Source: Sphaerodactylus townsendi (lineage: Eukaryota). From it: a DNA stretch of 64,000 bases. Location of the stretch: positions 24,676,001-24,740,000 of the forward strand of contig NC_059429.1 of NCBI RefSeq assembly GCF_021028975.2, given 5' to 3'. This document shows positions 26,685 to 39,400 of the stretch, one piece after another (the stretch's first letter is position 1; every line of letters begins with the position of its first letter). Under the pieces are notes generated by a model, which saw only the letters and a list, made by a program, of their open reading frames with translations, was not told the DNA's origin and ran no database searches. The translations under genes were made by a program, and so were the position numbers.

Positions 26685-29122
26685 CGTTTAGATGGCTTTC
26701 AGCCACAGTGTAAAGACTTAATGCCCAAGACTGGTTGAACACTAGTATGGATGTCTTGGTCTCGTTGGCATATAGAAAATATAAAATACACGAGTCTCTT
26801 CAATGCTTTTAGACAGAAGCAATGTCTCTCCTTATGTTATTCTATATTCACAAATTGCACTCTCCTTATGTTATTCTATATTCACAAACTATATTCACAA
26901 ACTACATGTCACCAACTACACTCAAAATAAGATTCTGATTGCACTTTTAAAACATCTCCAGTGTTCTAGCCAGAGTATATGGATTTAAACAAAGAAAAAA
27001 ACTACTCCCCAGGTCTTCAAAAGCTCTCAGTACAGGCAGAAAATACTCTAAAAAGCCAAAATAATTTTTAAAAATTTCATTTTTGTTAACAGAAAGTATT
27101 ATAGGACTGGGGGGAACAATTTTAAGAGTGCACTCCAAAGTGGATGGGGGTGGGATGGAACCCTGAAAGTGGCATAGGGCTGCATTAATGCAGGGTGCCT
27201 AGACTAGCACAAGGGGCAAATATGCAGGTGAAGGGATTATTATGCTTGCAACGGGGCAGGGTACAATTGCCCACTACCCAACCAGGAAGCTGCTGCACAT
27301 ACCGGTACTCCTTCGGCATGGAAGGCCACACTGGTGTGAGTGAGGGCAGAGTCAACTTTAGTTGGCTTCCAAAGACCCCAGAATGCCTCCTACAACACTT
27401 GGGGACTTATGCCACATTTTAGTGTTGTATGGGGTGGCAATAGGGGTTTTCAGTTCAGCTAAGGAGTTTGTTTTTTCAAGCTTCCTGCATCACCTGAAAC
27501 CCCTTAGAAAGTGGTGCAGCTGAGCTGCTCACCATTCCTGACCCCCACAGATCTACCCACCCTTTTGGATTGACTGTATGTAACTTCTCTCCCACAAATT
27601 AAAGAGAAACTTTTTTTTATATTTAGATATATATGGCCACTTTTCTCCCCAATGGAGTCCCAAAATGTTTTAAAACATTGTTCTCCCCTCCTCAAAACAG
27701 TCTGGTTAGGCTGAAAGAAACAGTGATTGTTCCAAGATCATGCACTATATCCTTCCATAACACTATGGATTTAAACCTGGATCTCCAGGTCTTAGTCTAA
27801 CCCTTGATCCACAAAGTACCCTGATGCTCATTTCCAAAAGAATGGCAAGGGGAAATTTGAAATCTGTTTCTATGGCCTGAAAAATCAAGAACTGTTTCAG
27901 TGCAAATCAAATGCTGTGCAGAGGCGAGCACTTTAAACAAGAACTACACTTATTCTGATTGTGTTAATGACACTTCTGAGTCACTGATATTTCTGAAAAT
28001 AATTCCAGAAAGATTTATAGGTGGTTCCTTTTGCTGCACTACATGGATTAATTTTTGTTATTGTATTGACCTACGCTGGATTTGCACAGTGACCCAAGTT
28101 CTAATTCAGAGTTCAGTTTCTAGCATCATACTCAACCTCCCATCATCTGCTTGGCTTCCACTGCCAATAGAAGTAATGCAGTCTCACTGATTTAATGGGC
28201 ACTTCAGATTTTTTTTTAAACAACCCCAGCATTATCTCAGGCAGGAGAGCAAAAACACCACCATATTACAGAAGTAGATTAATCTTCTAGAGATCTCAAA
28301 TATTAGGAATATCTCTCTTCAAAGATCATAAGCCCCAGGTCAAAAACCCCATACAATTTCCAGGGCTATCAACCAACCCCATCCTCAGTATCTGAAGACT
28401 TTCCAAATGCAACTAAGAAACCAACTTCAGCCACATGAATCTCCTCGCCCCATATCACGACTCTCCTTTTCATCCCACAACTTCGCTTCCACAAAGCTTT
28501 ACCCCCCCTTCACAACATCTCCAATCTAACTCATCCTTAAGATATCTAGAACACATCCCCCCCCCAGTCCTCCCCACGGATCCAATTCCCTACTTCCCTT
28601 CCCACAAGCCTTACCCTACTTCCCTTTCTTCTCACCCCTTCTTCTTCCCCACGGCTCCTCGCCACGGCATTTCAAAACCTTCTTTCCTTACCCAATCCTT
28701 CTCACATCCTCGAAGAGACCACCCTGACCCCTCTATGGAGGACCCACCTCTACTTCCGTAGGCGATGCCCGACCTCCTGGTCATGCCTGTCTCGCATAAT
28801 GGAGTTGGACTGGGCCCAAAGGACCTTTCCATCTCCCACCCTGACCCCCATCCTTCCTCTGATCCAGGGGGACTTTTCAGCATTATCTCAACATGCTACG
28901 AGCTTTCACGGGGGGATCCGACAGCTGCCCCTTTCCCCAATCCCCCCCTTCCCCAAAGTACCCCCCCTTCCCGGCCTTCTCCCTACAGGACATCCTATCC
29001 TTCCCCACGTCCTTTCCATAGCCCTCCTTTCCTAATTTAGGGCCTCCTGCTTCTAAATACGGCGACTTTTCTGCCCGCTCCCCTCAGAAAGCCACACCCT
29101 CTCCCCAGAAAGCCCCCCTCAC

Positions 29123-29460
29123 CTAATTCCCGTTCAGACCCGGCACGGAAATGGCCGGTATACCGAGAATGAATCGCCGTCGTCGTCAGCTGCAACTCCA
29201 TCGATCGCTCGGCGCTCCTGACCAGGGAGAGAAGCCGAACACCCAACACATCGATGATGACCTCAAGCGCCGCCAGGGGAGACGTCCTATTGGACCCTTC
29301 CGAATTCTGTCACTATGCCCCGCCCCCTCGGCTAGTCGGTATACCGATAGTGGGCGGGGAGATGAACCGACGATAGACAGGGGAAAGGGCGGGGCTGACT
29401 TCAGCAGGCGACGCTAGGGAGACTGACTGATCAGAAGGCAAAACAAAAAGATGCGGGAGG
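29123..29460 (-). promoter_or_regulatory. VAMP4: VAMP4 non-coding exon 1 and CpG-island promoter
   Basis: CpG-rich island. Minus-strand donor AG|gtgagg at 29123/29122. CCAAT (attgg 29289-29293), GACGTC at 29281 and GC boxes at ~29318, 29352 and 29387. The exon 2 acceptor is at 26585. Confidence 0.75.
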
Positions 29461-29859
29461 CGTGTTCACGATTTCGAGCTCCCACAAGGGCAAAGGTGCT
29501 GTCCCTCCTGGCGCTGCAGGGTTTTAACGGGAGCGTTCAAAAGACCTCGAGATGTAAACTTGAGAGAGCTTCCCCGGCCTCCCTTTAACAAAAAAAGTTT
29601 TATGAGAGAACTGAAAAGCATGCACACTTATGTATTCATTTATTTTAACCATTTATATACTGCCTTTGCATCTGATCAGGGTCCCTAAGGTGACATACAT
29701 TAAACTATAAACAATTAAAAACAGTGTTTCAAATTAGAAAGTAATTCAATAGAAACACATGAACCAGCACTACCAGAACCAGGGAGGGCAGCCAATGACC
29801 AAACCCGGTTCCTCCAGATTAGATACTCGAGCTCTTAACCTCCTACGCCACTGCTGCTC

Positions 29860-30483
29860 ATAAAGCAGTGGTGCGACCACACTCTGGTCGCCACATCTCA
29901 AAAAGGATATCGAAGAGATAGAAAAAGTCCAGAGAAGGGCAACGAGGATGATTGAGGGATTGGAGCACCTTCTTTACGACAAGAGCTGCAGCGTTTGGGA
30001 CTCTTCAGTTTGGAGAGGAGACGTCTGAGAGGGGATATGATTGAAGTCTATAAAATTATGCATGGGATAGAAAAGTTTTCTCTCTTTCTCACAAAACTAT
30101 AACCAGGGGGCATACATTGTAAATGCTGGGGGGAAGAATTAGGACTAATAAAAGGAAACATTTCTTCATGCAACATGTGATTGGTGTTTGGAATATGTTG
30201 CCAGAGGAGGTGGTGATGTTCACTAACCTGGATAACTTTAAAAAGGACTTGGACAGATTTATGGAGGAGAGGTCGATCTATGACTACCAATGTTGATCCT
30301 CCTTGATCTGAGATTGCAAATGCCTTAGCAGACCAGGTGCTCAGGAGCAGCAGCAGCAAAAGGCCATTGCTTTCACATCGTGCATGTGAGCTCCCAAAGG
30401 CTGGTGAGTCACTGCGAGTAGCAGAGCGCTGGACTAGATGGACTCTGGTCTGATCCAGCAGGCTTGTTCTTATGTTCTTATGT
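29860..30483 (+). mobile_element. CR1 LINE 3' fragment, same subfamily as 34884-36500, with small deletions
   Basis: Collinear and near-identical to 35831-36490, with the same gttcttatg tail. Confidence 0.9.
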
Positions 30484-32297
30484 TGTTTGGTAAATATTTT
30501 GCTGGGGGTGATTTGTGAGAGATTTACATGCTTAATACCCACTTGCACTGGCTTGGAGCTGTTTTTCAGGCTAACAACCTACCTCATAGGGTTGGTGTGA
30601 GGACAAAATTAGGGAAGAGATGGTGGGGAGAGAGCCATGTGTGTTTTGCTGGGGATGGGAGGTGTTTTGTGAACTGGTGCATTGTTTGGTCATGGTGGGG
30701 GAGGGTGGCTGCCCATATGGGGGGGAGGGGGCACCAAACTCAAGGTTTTGTCCCCAGGCTCCAGTTTTCCTAGGTACGCCTCTGGTGACTATTTTTGTCA
30801 AATGAATCACAAACATCTTTGTCTGCTGATGAAATATTCTAATGGGGGGAGACAGACAAATCTTGGGGAGAAAATTCCAAAGTATTGGTGCCACAACCAA
30901 GAAGACCATTTCTCAGATTATCACTAGTCTAACCTCAAATACTGTGGATGACCAAAGCATATTACATAAGAGAAAGTTGCACTGTTTATGACCATTATTT
31001 GTCATGTACATAAAAGTGAAGGCCAAGTAGAAGTTTCTTTGTATCTGACAGACCAGTTGGGTTGAACGCAGGAAGGTAACAGCTTCCTATCAGTTAAACC
31101 CTTATCTCTTAGTTGTCTGTAACATTAAACACTGAATGGCCACAAATCCTGCTGAACTGCAATAACGTTTTCTGCCCCAGGTCTGTCAGCTAATGGGTGT
31201 TAATGAGCTCCTGCTGCTCTGGGTTGTTTCTTTAGTAACAAATAAAGGAAGAAAGAACAAACCAGGAGGGAACTGAATTCCTGATTGTTTTGCACTAACC
31301 CAGCAAATCTTGAGCTGCATCCCACAGAGCTAGTGATTTACTACTGAACCCTTGGGAAATTCCGGGAGATTTAGCAGCAGTGCACAGAAGGAATTCAACA
31401 AGAATGTGATGGCAAGGAGTACACGCCCCCTTGCTGCCATTTCCTCTGGGGAACTGATCTTTCAAGTCTGCAGGTCAGTTGCAGTTCTGAGAGAATGCAA
31501 AGCCCCACCTGGAAACCAGCAAGCCTATGTAGTGGCTACTCTCTATGATAAAATAATTATGCTCACATTATGACAAAAGAATGGATGAGGATTATAAAGC
31601 AAGTGGAATTGTGGAGAAATCAATTCTCCTCCTCGTCCTGTGGAATGAGCAAAGGGGGGGACAAGATCAGCTCCACATGCCTCCCTTTCCCAGGACCAGA
31701 ACTCCCCGGCCTCCGCCTCCCCCCCTCCAGCAGCTGCCCCCTCCTCCTGCCCCCCCTCCCAGCCGAGCGCTCCTCTACTGACAGCCCTTCCCTGTCCACC
31801 AGGGCCAGCGAGGGAGGGCGGCCAGAGTCCCCCCAGGCCCCCTGTGCCACATAGACCGGAAGTGTTTCACAGAATCACACCTCCCCCCCCTTCTGTACTC
31901 TTTCCCCCACCGCTCGTGCTGCCAACTGCCCCAGCCAAAGACCGGCAGTGAGACACAAAATCGTCCCCTCCTGCCCCCCCTTCTGTAGTTCCATTAGAAA
32001 TTTAAAATCAACAAAAGAACAGTCCAAACATTCCGCAAAATAATAAAATACAAGTATTAAAATGGCCTGGGTTAAACGTGGTTTTAAATGATACCCTCCC
32101 AACCACCACAAACCCTCACAGGAAAGAAACATGGGACTGGAAGGCTCTGAAATAAGACAGCAAAGCACCGGGTGCATGGTCAGGAGTTCCTGCTGCAGCA
32201 AAGGCCCCAACAAAGACCCCTTTCCCGCCCCCCCCACCACGCCCCCCTGAGCCTGCCATTGTTATACCAGCCATTGCCATCGTTACAACGATGTTGA

Positions 32298-32512
32298 AGC
32301 CGTGTAAGGTTTCCGGGTTGTATGGCCTTAAAGAAAGATTCTTTCGAATGTTTCGCCAGAGCCTGTGGCTGGCATCTTCAGATGATCCTCTGAAGATGCC
32401 AGCCACAGATGCAGGCGAAACGTCAGGAGAGAATGCTGCTAGAACACGGCCATACAGCCCGGAAACCACACAGCACCCAAGTGATTCCGGCCGTGAAAGC
32501 CTTCTACAATAC
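32298..32512. mobile_element. Penelope-like inverted terminal fragment: degenerate left arm, intact right arm
   Basis: The right arm is nearly identical to 58660-58790. The left arm is a divergent reverse complement of it. Confidence 0.8.
32386..32428 (+). ncRNA. Minimal type I hammerhead ribozyme motif
   Basis: tcct-CTGAAGA(32390-32396)-t-gccagccacagatgcaggc-GAAA(32417-32420)-cGTC-agga. Confidence 0.75.
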
Positions 32513-32592
32513 GTTATAACGATTGTTATACTGATCGTTATAACGATCGTTACAATGGCCATTAATTGCTGCCGTAACACTAAAGTGCCTAG

Positions 32593-32726
32593 CAGTGGTG
32601 GCGAACCTATGGCACTCCAGATGTTCATGAACTACAATTCCCATCAGCCCCTGCCAGCATGGCCAATTGGGGCTGATGGGAATTGTAACCCATGAACATC
32701 TGGAGTGCCATAGGTTCACCACCATG
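32593..32726. mobile_element. Palindromic hAT-type MITE
   Basis: Same internal sequence (actacaattcccatcagcccc..ggccaattgg) and TIRs as the other copies. TSD imperfect. Confidence 0.75.
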
Positions 32727-33304
32727 GGCCTAGGCTAAATAAATAAATGGGAGGGTTGTTCTTCTCCATCACAGATGACATCCTGCCACCATTATGTTTT
32801 CAGTGGTAGCATGTGGCTTGAATGCAACTGAAGAGACAAGAGGGGAAACCCCCGCAAAATAACAGGAGGAATGTAGGTGTGCGGAATCATTTCACATAAA
32901 GGTATGACCACTGGGAATATCTGTGGAAAGGCAGATTCTTAAAAACTCAACTCTATTAACCAATAGGATATGTTTTACATAATCAACACACACACATATA
33001 GCACGTACAATGAATTAAAATACCAACCAATGTGTGACAGGGAAGATACTGTTTCAGATCTTGGTTTCCAAAATACAAAACAGAGCAGTGGAGAGCAGGG
33101 GCTGCCATTAAGGGATGCCCGTGACCCACTTTCAGAGTCTTTGCAGCCCACTTTTGGGTCTTGACCCATCATTATATAGTCCATCTTCAATTCTAGTGGT
33201 GCCCCCTAGAATAAGTCTCTGTTGTTCATGTTTTATATGCCATTTTTGTATGTTGTTGTTCAGTAACAGCAAAGCCAGCCACATGTCATCTTTAAGGAAG
33301 CAGC

Positions 33305-33310
33305 TTTATT
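33305..33310 (-). terminator. ITPA: ITPA polyadenylation signal (AATAAA)
   Basis: tttatt on the plus strand, about 95 nt downstream of the ITPA stop codon. Confidence 0.7.
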
Positions 33311-33405
33311 AGACATTGATGTGCACAGACAGCCAAATGCCAACCTCATACTTAACACATAACTTTCAGTACCAAAAAAAACAAAGCCTGCCCACTCCAG
33401 GCAGG

Positions 33406-36400
33406 CTAACTGTGACCAGGCGTAGGCTCTTTGTGCTGCTGAATGAAATAAGCTGAAAGTTCATTCAGGGCTTTGTAACGGTGAGAGATGGAGTTCTTCA
33501 CAGACTTGGGTAGCTCAGCGTACCTGAGAAAAGCCAGAAAAGAGAACACCAACTGAAGCTCGAAGCAGCTGAAAGCTCAATTAGCTCAGTTACAATGTTA
33601 AATATGATAAATGATTTTACATGGCACAACGCAGCCTAAACCTATGTCTCCAAGGGAATTCGGTTATGAATCCTGTATTTCCCACCAGAAATTTCAGAAC
33701 AGAACACGTGGCATCTCTGTGCTGCCAACAATGCAATCTTTAATCCAGTTATAGCCTTTTAAACCCAATGAATTAAGTGGGCTTAACAGGGTACAATTCT
33801 GCTTAGGATTGCTTTGCGAGTGTTACCGTTATCGCAGACTCCTCCCAACTGCCATTCAGTTAAGGCAACAGGATCTTCATTACAAAATAAGCATATTTAC
33901 AAGGCAGACCTTGTGAAAGTATGGGGTAAAGCCCCTATAGCAGAGTAGCACAATATACTGGAACACAGTAGGAAGTCCTGCTGCAGCAAAGGCCCAATAT
34001 ACAGCACAATATACTGGAACACAGTAGGAAGACGCACAGAGCAGCTCAGCTTCACAGAAGCGGCCCTACTTTTATTTTTTCATAAGAGTAGCTCTAATAG
34101 ACAAAGTGTCTTCGCCAGGCAGTGCTAAGACAAACGTATGTCTGGCTTACACAATCACAATCCATTGCCAATTAATCCCAGAATGAGGCTGCCAGGTGTT
34201 ACCTGTCAGTTAGATTTTGATGATCAGACACATGTGACATCAGTGCTCGGACAGACACGGCATTCCCCTACAACATAAGCATTTTATTGTCATTGTGCCC
34301 ACACAACGAAATTTACAGCAGCATTCCTCGATGCACACAATTCCAGACTCATACCCCATCCTTCCTTTCCCCTTCTTCCACCCATCCCTACACAGCCCCA
34401 AATACATCAACACGAAGCCATGGAGTTCATCATAGCCACAGCTCTAGTGCAGAAGCTGTCTCGAAGCCTCTTTGTCCTAGTTTTTATAGACCTGTATCAT
34501 CTGCCAGATGGTAACAGTTCAAAAAGAGAGTGTGCTGAATGAGCGAATTCCTTGCAAGCAACTGTCATGGTTTAAAACTGCAAAACTAACAAGCAGTCAC
34601 TTACGTCTGGTTATATCCTTCTGGCTGGAAGCATGGATCCCATCCGAAGTCTCTGGGTCCTCTTGGATCAACTATCTGTCCCTGTAAATGGATGCACGAA
34701 GGGAAAGATCTTAAGAGCCAGGCTATGGTTTACAGTCATCACTTCCAAGAGGGATGTAAGCTAGTCTTGGATTGTTGAGAATTCTGAAGCCTCCACCAAC
34801 TCCCAGAAACCCTCTGAGAAAAAAGGCAGATACTGGGCAAATTTGTAAGGAGGCAGGAAACACTGGTCCCTGATCCATTCACTTGAAATTGCTGATCTTC
34901 TCACTTTAATATGCAACTTATCCTTGAAATCAGGCTCCATCCCTGAAGACTGGAAGATGGCCAATGTCACACCAATCTTTAAGAAAGGATCTAGGGGGGA
35001 CCCGGGAAATTACAGGCCAGTCAGTTTGACATCTGTTCCTGGTAAATTAGTAGAATCTGTCATTAAAGATAAAATTATAAAACATGTAGAAAAGCAAGAC
35101 CTGCTGAGAAAGAGTCAGCATGGCTTTTGCAGAGGCAAATCCTGTCTTACAAACTTACTAGAGTTCTTTGAGGATGTAAACAGGCATGTGGATAAGGGGG
35201 AACCAGTGGACATTGTCTACTTGGATTTCCAAAAGGCTTTTGACAAAGTTCCTCACCAGAGACTATTGAGAAAACTCAGCAATGAAGGAATAAGAGGGGA
35301 AGTCCTCCTATGGATTAAAAACTGGTTGAGAAACAGGAAGCAAAGAGTGGGTGTAAATGGGAAATTCTCACAATGGAGAGATGTAGGGAGTGGTGTCCCC
35401 CAAGGATCCGTATTGGGACCAGTGCTCTTTAACCTATTCATAAATGACCTGGAAGTAGGGGTGGGTAGCGTGGTGGCCAAGTTTGCAGATGATACCAAAT
35501 TATGTAGGGTGGTGAGAACCACAAAGGATTGCGAGGAGCTCAAAGCGGACCTTGATAAATTAGGTGAGTGGGCTAAGAAATGGCAAATGCAGTTCAATGT
35601 AGCAAAATGCAAAGTGATGCACATAGGGGCAAAAAATCCAAACTTCACATACATGCTACAGGGGTCAGTGCTATCAGTCACAGACCAGGAAAGGGATTTG
35701 GGCGTCTTAGTTGATAGTTCCATGGGAATGTCAACTCAATGTATGGCAGCTGTGAAAAAGGCAAACTCTATGCTGGGGATAATTAGGAAAGGAATTGAGA
35801 ATAAAACTGCAAAGATTGTCATGCCCTTATATAAAGCTGTGGTGCGACCGCACTTGGAGTACTGTGTTCAGTTCTGGTCGCCACATCTCAAAAAGGATAT
35901 TGAAGAGATAGAAAAAGTGCAGAGAAGGGCGACGAGGATGATTGAGGGGCTGGAGCACCTTCCTTATGAGGAAAGGCTGCAGCGTTTGGGACTCTTTAGT
36001 TTGGAGAGGAGACGTCTGAGGGGGGATATGATTGAAGTCTATAAAATTATGCATGGGGTAGAAAATGTTGACAGAGAGAAATTTTTCTCTCTTTCTCACA
36101 ATACTAGAACCAGGGGGCATTCATTGAAAATGCTGGGGGGAAGAATTAGAACTAATAAAAGGAAACACTTCTTCACGCAACGTGTGATTGGTGTTTGGAA
36201 TATGCTGCCACAGGAGGTGGTGATGGCCACTAACCTGGATAGCTTTAAAAGGGGCTTGGACAGATTTATGGAGGAGAAGTCGATTTATGGCTACCAATCT
36301 TGATCCTCTTTGATCTGAGATTGCAAATGCCTTAACAGTCCAGGTGCTCGGGAGCAACAGCCACAGAAGGCCATTGCTTTCACATCCTACATGTGAACTC

Positions 36401-39400
36401 CCAAAGGCACCTGGTAGGCCACTGCGAGTAGCAGAGAGCTGGACTAGATGGACTCTGGTCTGATCCAGCTGGCTTGTTCTTATGTTCTTATGTTCTTATG
36501 TCTCCTCTTCTGCTAGCAACTGTCCCTGCTCCTTTCCCCTTCATTCCCTAGTGAAAATCATCCACTGCAGAAAAAAACAGGTTTTCCTGTTGACTTCCTC
36601 CAGTTTATCATCTAGTCTTCCAGCCACAAATTGAAATGCTAAACAACAATAGCCTAGTTTACACGTGGTTACAGAAGCCCAGTTCTTAGGTGTAATAGTG
36701 AACAAAAACCTGGAGTCTAGCTTTGGATCCAAGGCAGACTTCTCCACTGCAGGTTAGCCTATGTAATACAGACAAACAAATTCTACAAGAAGGAAGAAGG
36801 TGCAGAGGGACAATAAGGTCACAAAACAGCAAGAGACGGAGGCCAAGCAACATGCTACAGAAAGGCCCTCCCCATCAGAAGCAATACAGATGGACCAGAC
36901 TAAGTTATGCTAGAGTTCACAGAAACCATTGGTTCTGGGAGATGTTTGGAAACGCAACCTTGAATGTATCTTCTGGGCCAACTGCATCTGCGTGTTAGAA
37001 TGCATAAGATGCCCTGGACCAAACTGGGCCTCCCTCCAGCCTTCTCTTCCCTCCCACTCTGTACTTCTTTGTACTGGAGCCACTTTGACCTCAAAGCATT
37101 CAGCTTAGGCCTTCATATTGGGAGAAGTATGGCTATAGATATCGAGCAGCTACACTAAACTCCACTCTCCCATCCTGGAAGGGGCCCCCCCCCCCCCCCC
37201 ATCCAGCTCCTGGCATAAAAAGTGCAGCTGCTTGCTAGGGGCAGCAGTTGCACAAGCTGAGCTGGGGATCAAAGTCTGGGAGAGTAGTTAAGAGACTGAA
37301 TCAGAAAGTCCTCGAGCGACATCTCACTTTTGCTATAAATTCATCAGGCGGTCTCTTAAATCTCAATTACCTCATCTGCAAAATGGGTATAATAATTCTG
37401 GTTTTCTTTTCAGGGTTGTTGAAAGTTAACTAAAGAACTGTAAAAACGCTAAGCACTGCTATTATATTGAGCATGAGTATGGTGGTGCAGCAACTTCCAA
37501 TCCAGTGTCTTCTACAGGACAAGCATTTGGAGATACAAGGCTGATTTTTCCCATTAGGTAAACCTGCCCTGTTCTTATGCAGTGCAGATGCACACAAGCC
37601 CTTTTTTCACACAAATATCCGGTACTCACATGAGTCTGACCTTTGAATAACTTCACTGGGTCCTCTGGATTCCCGGTGCTGAATGCAAAAGTGCAGAGGG
37701 CATAAGCAGACTTGTCTTCAAATCCTGCTAGCAGTTTGTACAGACCTAGGCCACAGGAAGAGGGGTATCAGAAGATTTCTTCTGGAGAAACAGATAGTTA
37801 CACTGGAATCAAGAGGAGTAGGCACATTTGGGTGCCTAGGTAGGTCTCCCACACTTCCCAAGGTAACACAAACTAAAGCACACTATGGCCCCTTCCGCAC
37901 ACGCAAAATAATGTGTTTTCAAACCACTTTCACAACTGTTTGCAAGTGGATTTTGCTATTCCGCACAGCTTCAAAGGGCACTGAAAGCAGTTTGAAAGTG
38001 CATTATTTTGCATGTGCGGAATGAGCCTATATGATTAGAGAGTCCTTCTGGGGGATCAGAGCAGCATATGATTAGACACTTCAGAAACAACCAAGCAGTT
38101 CTAGTGAGAGTCCTTATTGCAGCAGCAAGCAGTATATACATGTATAGGCTGAATTACCTTCAGGTTTCAGCTTCTCCAGGAACCATTTGCTGAAACAAAA
38201 AGATGCAGGTCACTTTCTTCATTCCCTCCAACATCATTCTGAAAGCAAGAAAGCCCAAACAATTCCCATCCATCTGTCAGGAAGGACTCTTAGGAAATAA
38301 CATTTGAACTCTCAATGCTCTTGTCCATTTCAGAGAGGCAGGTACAAAAGATCATCCTTGTCAGCTGTGCCACTGCAAAACCAAGAGGCCCACTGGAACA
38401 CCAACACAGCCAAAAAGGTCAGAGGCACTGTCCAAAGTTATTACCTGTTCTGCCTCCATACTAGCTCATTCTGCCCTTTTCCCCTATGACAGCGGTGGCG
38501 AACCTTTGGCACTCCAGATGTTATGGACTACAATTCCCATCAGCCCCTGCCAGCATGGCCAATTGGCCATGCTAGCAGGGGCTGACGGGAATTGTAGCCA
38601 TAACATCTGGAGTGCCAAAGGTTCGCCACCACGGCCCTATGATGGTGGAGTAAAACCAAAGCCAGATGGGCTACTGGGATTCTGGGATCCACAGCCTTCA
38701 ACCAGCAAACAAAGCTGAATTGAAATGGATTCCCAACAGTGAATTTGCATATCCTTCTCTCGTGCAACCAGAATCAATGGAATGTGTGATTTTTGTCTTA
38801 GCTGCTTTCCACTTTGCAAGGCATCGAGAAAATCTAAGGAGAAGTCAAGATGGAGATGTGCCTAATGGAGATTACATTTTCTTGGGATTCTTTCTCCAAA
38901 AAAAAAGACATGAACCCAAAGCCAAGTCTGAGCAGCCCCTTCCTGAAAACACCCTGTAGAGTAGGGGTTGCCAACCTATTATGCTCCCGATGTTCATGAA
39001 CTTCAATACCCATCAATTGGCCATGCTGGCGGGGCTGATGGGAATTGTAGTCCATGAACATCTGGAGCACCATAGGTTGGCCAACCCTGCTGTAGAGTGT
39101 CAAATATCAGCCCCACTCCCCCAACAGTTTAGAGTTATACAACCTAGAAGCAGGCCAATTGCCTCAGTGGAAATTAGCATTACCATCCATTGCTGAAGAG
39201 CTTCAATATTTTTTAAAGGAAGAAATATGTGTGAGGCAAACTAAGAATCAGGAACTTCAATTTAGACACTGCTGTTAGTCAGTAATACCCAACCATGGGT
39301 GCACTGAAGTTTCCCTGCATTCCTCTCTATTCCTGAAGTCCCTTCTGACCCTTATAAAGATTATTCTCCAGGTCACAGGATCCAGACAAACAATGGGGTG

